From: Rebecca billardiae RCC1528
Lineage: Eukaryota > Protista > Haptophyta
DNA: 64,000 bases
Reading direction: 5' to 3'
Assembly (NCBI GenBank): GCA_965240325.2
Contig: OZ251234.1
Location: 1,736,001 to 1,800,000, forward strand
Part shown: one piece after another, positions 56,653 through 64,000 of the stretch
How positions within the stretch are numbered: position 1 is the stretch's first letter
How the letters are laid out: the number at the start of each line of letters is the position of its first letter
The notes under the pieces: generated by a model
Told to the model about the DNA's origin: nothing
The model's database searches: none
The model's input: only the letters and a program-made list of their open reading frames with translations
Position numbers and translations under genes: made by a program

Positions 56653-59600
56653 ATGCGCGTCGACGACACGGATGCCAGTGGCGCCGTCGATGCCACGGCG
56701 CACTCGCGGAAGCTGCTCGTCTTCAACGCGACGGGTTCGGTGAAGACGTCGTCGTATGTTTTCTCGATCCCACTCCACGACACGGAGCTCGGCGCCCACG
56801 CCACGCGGCTTGGTCACGACCTCGCTTGCCTGCTCTATGTCTCTCACGGACGCGTCGATGGGCTGCCCAGGTCCGTCCAAGAGCGCCTGCCCAATGCGGT
56901 GGTCCTCCTCGAGCTGCCGAGGCAGACGGATGGTGCCAACCTCCTCGCGCACGTGCTGAGAGCAGCGCAAAAGCTTCAGGAACGCGGTGCCATCGCGTGC
57001 CTCGTGCCGCGCAATGACGCCGTGCGCAAGCTCACACGTCACGACGACGTGGACATGACGACGCCCGGGATCCCGATCCTCGGCATTTGGCCGAGCCTTC
57101 ACAACCGGCTCTTGACTGACCTGCGGTCGCGGCAGCAAGATCTGCGCGTGCGCGTTGCTCTCCCCGGCGAGGACATCGAGCTGGGCACGAGCGCGGACGC
57201 GTCCGTCCCCGAGCCGAGCCGCGGCGGCTGGCTCGGCGCGGCGTATCGAGGTATCAAGGTCGCCGTGCTCCATACGATCTTGCGCGGCCCCCCGCCGCCG
57301 TGGGTCCGCCTCAGGGACGCGCTCCTCCTTCCCGACGGCCGCCTGCACGATGACGCGACCGCTGAGCAGGCGGACGAGCGCTTTCAGAACGCTGTGCGCA
57401 CACTCGAGGAGTGCATCGTGCAGAAGAACGCGTCGGCCGACGAGGTCGCGAGCGAGATCGCGCGCACGTGCGAGCTGCTGCTTGGCGCGGTACGCGCCGC
57501 TCGGCCTGACGTCGCCCGCGATCTCCGCCTTCTCGCGCTCGCTGCGCAGATCAGCTCGGCGTGGTCAGGTCACCGCGAGGCGACCGCGAGGGCTGCCGAG
57601 GCGCTCGTCGATGGCTGTCTCCGCCGCGCATCGTCTGCCGATGACTGGGTGCGGACAGTCATCCAACCCATGACATTCATCCTGCACTCCGCCGCCTTCT
57701 GGCCGCTGGTCTATGTCTTACACGACCGATGGCTCGGCGGCGGCGCAGATGCGCGCGCGGCGCGTGCGGCCGAGCTCGTCGTGGCCGCGCACATTGCTGC
57801 GGCTTTGATGGCCCGGGAGCGGCCGGATGACGCGCACGAGGCAGCGGCTGCGCTCCCAGACGTCGATTCCATCGCGAGTTGGGGCTGGCGCAACCCCGTC
57901 TCGGGCGCGGCAGCACGCCACTGGGAGGTGCTCCTCCACACGTCGCGCGAGCACCTGCCGCATGCGCATGCGCTCGAGCTCGAGCTCAGCGCGCCGCAGC
58001 GCCTGCGCACGTTCGTCGGGATGCCGGAGAAGCTGCTCGCCGCTGCGGAGCACGAGGGCGGCGCGCACGCGACAGGCCGTGTTGGCAAGCGGCTCCTCGA
58101 CCATCTGGCCGCGCTGGATGGCGCCGAGCAGCCCCTCTCTGCCGATGTGCTCCGCGGCGCTCTCGCCCTCGCCCGCCGCGTGGCCGTGCACCCGCGCGAC
58201 GCGATCGGCGCCATCCTGAGCACTCGGAGCGCGCTGCACGACAACGCTCTCGCGCTGCTCGGCGAGGCGCGCGGCTGGTCGGCGGCAGACGGCCTGGACG
58301 GCCACTGGCGGCAGACGCTGCTCATGGAGGTCATCCAACACTTCCCTGCGCCGCCGCCAAGGGGAGTCCCGTCGGCGCCGCCGCCACGCGGGGCGCGCGC
58401 GCCGTCCATCGGCCGCCAGCACGATCCGCACAGCATGGCGCCCGCCGCACCGCCCGCCGAGCTCGTGCACGAGGTGCTTGAGCTCGCGGAGGGCATGCCC
58501 TTCGGAGGGCCGACGCGTGCGAGGCTCGGCGAGTGGGCGAGCGGCGCGACGACCGCCATCGCGTCGGCGTCGGCGACGGCGCCGTGCGCGGAGCGCGCGC
58601 TGGCGGTCGGGCTCATCTTCCGGCTGCGCGCCGCGCTGGAGTCTTCTGGCTCGAGCAACGTCGAGCTGCCCGGCTCGAACGCGTTGGAGCTCGTCGGGAA
58701 GCAGCTCGCCGTCCTCGTGCGCGGCGCGCCGGCCGGACCCGCGACCGCGACGACCGCCGTGGCCGAGCTCCTCCTGATCCTCGCCCAGCTGCCCTCGGCA
58801 CTCGTCGGCTCGATCCCGCCTCGCGTCGGCGCAACGGTGGCACGGGCGATGGCGGAGTCGATGCGGCCGCGTCCGTGCGCCGAGGTCTTCGCGGCGCTCA
58901 CGGCGCGGCGCAGCTGGGAGAGCGAGGCGCGCGAGGCGGCAGCCGCCCTCGAGCCTCTCGCGCGCACGCTGCGCACCGCGCACGGCGCTGGCGTGGGCGC
59001 GACCACGACGGCGGACGGGCTGCAGCAGAGCATCTCGCGCGATCTCGCCCGCGAGATTGGTCTCGCCAACGAGCTGGGCGCGCGCTCTGGTGCTGACGGC
59101 GCGCTGCTGCGCGAGTGCGCTGCCGTGCTCGAGAGGTGCACGCGCGAGGCAGTCACGCCGCCGCAGGCGCCGTTCGACCTCCGCGCCTTCGCCCACGGCG
59201 TCGTGCGCGCTCACTGCGAGCAACGCTGGTGGCCGCGCGACCTGCCTCAGCTGCTGCGCGCGGGCGGGCAGGCGCTCGCGCAGCCGCTGCTGAAGATCGC
59301 GCGTGTCGACCCGGACTGCTGCCCGGACCAGGCCTCCTTCCTGCTGCAGATGGGCAGCTCGTGGGCCAGCGGCTTCGAGGACGACTCGCACAGCCTCCTC
59401 GCGCTCGACGAGGTGCTCCTCGACGGCGCCAGCGCGCGACTCGACTCGCTGCGCACGTGCGACGGCCTGGCGGAGCTGCCGTCCGCGGCTCGCGTGCTCG
59501 AGCGCATCGCTGCCGCGCGCGCGCGCGCAGACGAGCTGGCGGCGGCGTGCTGCCTGCCTCCGCCGGCGGAGGCGGTGGCGATCAAGACGGCCCTGGACAA

Positions 59601-62600
59601 GTACGCATCCTGCGCGACCACGTCCATCGACCGGCTTCTGCAGCGCTACACGCGCGGCGGCGAGGCCGAGGAGAGCGGCGCCGGCAGCGCGGTCGAACAC
59701 GCAGGCGCGCACGCGCACGGCGCAGCCGGCGCTGCGGCCGGTGCTCGCGCCGGCGAGGCCGACGGACGGCAGCAGGACGGCTGGCGCGGTCGGCCGCTCG
59801 CGTGCATGGAGGAGGACTACACCACGCTCCATCTGTGGAAGCAGGACCTCCACGAGCCGCTGGCCGACTTGGCCTTCTTCACGCACCGGCCGAGCGCGCT
59901 CTTCGAAGCGAAGCTCGAGCAGCTGCGTGCCGAGCGCGCGCTGCAGCAGCCGCCGGGGGGCCACGCGGCGGCGGTGTGGACGGACGCGGCGCTGTTCGAG
60001 GCGGTGCGAGAGGCCACCGATCGGCTCGGCCGGCTGCTCGACATCGACAACGCCCTTTTCAGTGACATCATCGACGTCGAGCACCACGTCGGCCTCGCAG
60101 ATGTCGACGACGAGCTCAGGGCCATTGCCGACCGCGCCGCGCGTCGCGCTGGCTCCGCCGACGCTGCGGTGCGGGACAGCGCCAACGCCGCGGCCAACGT
60201 GCGGCGTGCGCTCGGGCTGATCAAGCTGCAGCGCCCGATCCGCGGCCTCGTCACGTGCCTCGGCCAGTTCGACTTCGGCTGCGCGCGCGGCGCGCCGGAC
60301 TCGAGCACGCCCGCCACCGGCACCGCGCGCGCCCCGCCTGGGGACGATGCCGCTGCCGCAGCGCCGGGCTCGGCGTTTGCCCGGCTGCGGAACATCGCCG
60401 AGGTGCTCGCCGACGATCAGGGCATGCGCGCGCGGCGCATGGCCGACTGCCGCGCGCTCGAGGACGAGCTGTGGGCCCTCGTCGGCCGCGGCGCTAACGC
60501 CCAGCCCGCCAGCGACGCTGAGGTGAGTGCGCGCAGCTGTGTGTGGCGCGCCGCGCCTGTGCGGCTGCGAGGCCGGCTCTGGCGCTGTGGTCCGCATGGC
60601 CGTTGCGCAGTTGCGCCGCGCGTGCTGCGCGCCGCTGGCTGCCACCGCGCGCTCGTCCTCGGCGCTCAGCTGCCCCACCCGGCCCCCGCGCGCCCGCGCC
60701 CCTCACACGCTCCGCGCGCGCGCAGCGCGTCGCTGCGCCGGAGGGCCTCGCGGAGGCGCTCAGCCCGATGCTGCAGCTGTTCGCGCGCACGTCTGAATGC
60801 CCGGACGTGTGGCGGCTGGTCGGCGAGCGCGGCTGGCACGGCGACGAGGGCCTGGTGCGCTTCCGCGACCAGTGGAAGGTGACGGAGAGCAACGTGACGG
60901 CGAGCGACCAGTACGAGAAGGCGGTGCTCAGCCAGCTCGACCCCGCCGTCCAATGGGCCGCGTTCCTCCACGAGCGCTCGGAGCGCTCCCTGGGGGCCCT
61001 CTGCGCAGAGGTGCTCGGCGCGCTCGAGCCGGGCGGCGCGCTGAGCGTTGGCCTGGACGCGGGCACGATCCAAACGGCGCTGCACACGGTGCAGACGAAC
61101 GTGCGCACGATCCGCGGCTGGTTCGACCGCAGCCTCGGCGGCACGGGCGCCAAGCTCGACGAGTTCCGCCAGCTGCTCGAGGCGCGCGCAGAGTACGTCA
61201 CTCTGTGCGCCGCGCCGGGCGAGCGCGCGCTCGCGAGCGCGACAGCGCGCGTCGAGCTCGGCGTGCGCAAGGTGGACGAGGGGCGCGTGCTCGGCGCGGC
61301 GGAGCTGGCCGAGCTCGCGCACGCGCTCAGCTTGGTGCAGCACGACTCGAGCGCGCACAACCTGCCCATCGCCGACTTCCTCGACGAGCTCGCCATCCAG
61401 CGCAAGGGCGCGGAGCTCGTCGAGCAGCTCGCAGCGATCGGCTGCCCTCCGTACGACCGCGCGGCCGAGCACGCGCTCGGCGCCGTGCTCGGCGGGCGCG
61501 CGGGCGCGGAGCGGAGCACGGGCGCGCTCGCGGAGCGCGTGGCCGAGTGGCGCGCCGAGGTGCAGCGCCAGCGGCTCAGGAACCCCATGCTGTGGCTGCT
61601 CTCCGATGCCGACGCCCGCCGGCTGAGCAGCGATCTCGAGGGCGATCTCGGCGCGCAGACGCAGACCATCGCGCGCGCGCTCTCTCGGCTCGTGCGCGCA
61701 CCCATGGCCGACGTGGCGCGCGCGGTCTACGGCGCGCGGCAAAAGACGCTCGCGACGGCGAAGGAGGGCGCAGCTCTCTCGTGGATACAGCGCGCGGGCA
61801 TCTTCATCACGACGTGGAAGAGCCTGCTCGGCAGCCCGCCACTGCCGACGCGGCCGCCTCTCGAGGGCGCGCGGCCGCCCGCCCCGGCAGGGATCACGCT
61901 GCACAGGCTCGATGGCACGCCGCCGAGCGCGCTCCTGCGGCTGCTCGTGCACGTGTGCGCGGGGCGTGTGCCGGAGAGCTTCGAGCTGCTCGCGTGCGAC
62001 GAGCGCACCTCGGCCGCCGACGTCGAGCTGTTCCTCGGCCGCGCGTCGGGCGACGTGTGCGCGGGCAGGCCGTTCATTCTCGCGCGGGCCGACCGCCTGT
62101 CCACCGCGGCGCAGGAGGCCGTGCGCGCCTTCCTGCTCGGCGCTGAGCGCGGCGGCAGCGCGCAGCTGAGCCTGCACATCACCGTGCACGGCCCGTCCTT
62201 CGTGCCGCCCATGCCGTGGATCGGCACCCGCGTGTGGAGCGCGGGCTCTGCGGATGCGAGCGCGCCCGTGTCCGCGTCCGGCGGCGGCGGCTCGCTCCCG
62301 TCGAGCGCGGCGGTCGCGCAGACCGTCCGCGCGGCTGTGACGGCCGACGCTGCCGTCGAGAGCGTCACGGTGGTGTGGTCCGCGTACGCCGGCGCGGGCA
62401 AGACGCACCTCGTGCGCAAGCAGCTCGCGCGCGAGCCCGACGACGCCCGCAAGCTCGTGCTCGGCCTTGACGAGCACTTCTGCGCGGAGGACGTGGCGGA
62501 GGCGCTCGAGCGCGCCGCGCTGCCGGCGGGCTCGACGGTCGTCGTCCAGCTGCACGCCGGCCACTTCGCGGACGCGGCCGAGCTGGACGCGCTGATGGCG

Positions 62601-64000
62601 CGGGTCGACGCGCTGCTCTTCCAGCTCCTCGTGCAGCGCTACGTCTCGGGCGGCGCGCACAAGCGCTCCTTCACGCTCGCGCCCGGCTCGCGCTGGCGCG
62701 TCTGGGTGGAGGTTCCCAGTGCCATCGGCCATCGCGGGCGCGCGCGCGAGCGCCTTGCTCCGGGTGCGCCCGACGAGGAGCGCGTGGCGAGAGAGCAGGC
62801 GACGTGGATGTGTCGCGTGCTGCCCGCGCTCTGCCTCCTGAAGCACCACGAGCTCTCACCGTCCGCGCCGGCGGTGCTTGACCTGGACCCTTCCGTCGAG
62901 CGCGTGTGCAAGTACCTGCGCGCGTACCGCGATGGCACGATCGACCGCAAGTTCGGCGGCGCGGGGAGCGCGCCCGCGAAGCACCTCGCCCTGTGCATCG
63001 ACGTCTCGGGCAGCATGCGTGGCTCCAAGTTCGAGACGGCTCTGCGCGAGCTGCTCCGCCTGTTCGACGAGCACGCCGTGCCGGGCGACCTGATCAGCGC
63101 GCTCAGCTTCGACCACACGCACCACGTGGCTGTCGAGGCGCAGCCGGTCCCAGCGGACGCGGGTGCGCGGACTGGGCTGCGCGCGCAGCTGGCTGGCTTG
63201 CCCTTCCTCAACGGCGGCACGGACATGTACAACGCGCTCGCGCGCGCGGTGCGGTGCTGCGAGAAGCCGGCCGAGTTCACGGGGGAGTCTTGGATCATCT
63301 GCCTCACCGACGGCGAGAGTGCGCCCACGCTCCCGGCCTCCGGGCTTGAGCCCGCCCTCGACCGCAGCACCAACCTGCACCTCGCCGTCATCGGCGTGGC
63401 TCTGCCCGATCGCCTCAGGCCGCACATCGAGTCGCTGTGCGCGCGACCGCCGGGCAGCCGCGGGCGGTATGTCGAGTGCGGGCAGTCCGCGGACGCCATG
63501 TCCACCGCGTTCGGCGCCGTCGCCGCGCTGCTGCCGGTGAGCCAGACCTTCGATCTCGACGGCGAGCTCTCGGACTCGGAGTGCCACGAGCTGCTCGCCG
63601 CGTACATGCCGCCTCACGTGCGCTCGCCCGCGAGCGGCATGCTGCTGCAGCACTTCTGGGTGCGGTACCTGCACCGCCGCGTGCGCGTGTTCGACGCGAA
63701 CGACTTCTTCAACTACAACGAGGAGCACGACGAGCTCGGCAGCACGATCATGCGCATCATGCTCGAGGAGGTGGGCGCGTCGCTGGCGCCCGACCAGGGG
63801 AAGCACTGGGCGGGCGACGTGCACAGGCAGATGATCTACGAGATGACGGAGGACGGCCCCAAGTTCGCGATGCTGTGCACGGCGCCGGACCTTATCGACG
63901 AGGACGAGCACGACACGATCGCGCGGCTCGGCTTCGACCTGCCCTCCGCCGACGACCTGACGGATCGCGCCTGCCTCGAGCGGCTGCTCGCGCGCGCGCT
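56653..64000 (+). CDS. RNF213/mysterin-like giant AAA+ ATPase with an inserted VWA domain, 5' part; exons 56653-60522 and 60726 to beyond the window
   Basis: Intron 60523-60725 joins the 56653 ORF to a frame that stays open to the window end. That frame encodes LLACDERTSAADVELFLGRA, Walker A WSAYAGAGKT (GAGKT at 62391-62405), LLFQLLV..YV, VWVEVP, VCKYL and ECHELL...FWVRYL, collinear with the RNF213 pre-AAA/AAA1 region. VWA motifs are IDVSGSM, GGT and LTDG. Confidence 0.8.

Overview
Very GC-rich eukaryotic nuclear DNA with short GT-AG spliceosomal introns. GC content, intron style, a bipartite plastid presequence and ciliary genes suggest a flagellated alga with a complex plastid, most likely a haptophyte; this is inference only. 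Most ORFs in the six-frame track are GC-rich shadow frames. About 19 real genes can be read. Recognisable products are an HSF transcription factor, a class I aminotransferase, two paralogous membrane-bound hybrid histidine kinases, a PG-rich ciliary-type protein, an RmlD-like reductase, a PQ-loop transporter, an ankyrin-TM-RING-H2 ligase, a giant C2/IQ/CEP104-like/RPGRIP1-C-like protein, SKA2, a PAN-domain membrane protein, a putatively plastid-targeted opine dehydrogenase, MMAB, an EEP enzyme and the 5' part of an RNF213/mysterin-like giant AAA+ ATPase with an inserted VWA domain; three are uncharacterised. Intergenic DNA holds two intact non-autonomous DNA transposons (a foldback element with 396-bp arms and a TA-flanked mariner-like element), decayed element and gene remnants, and microsatellites. 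The most notable items are the RNF213-like/VWA fusion, the histidine kinases with adenylyl-cyclase-like membrane modules, the foldback element in the HSF/aminotransferase promoter, the plastid-targeted opine dehydrogenase and the ciliary mosaic protein. All homology calls are motif recognition by eye, not database searches.
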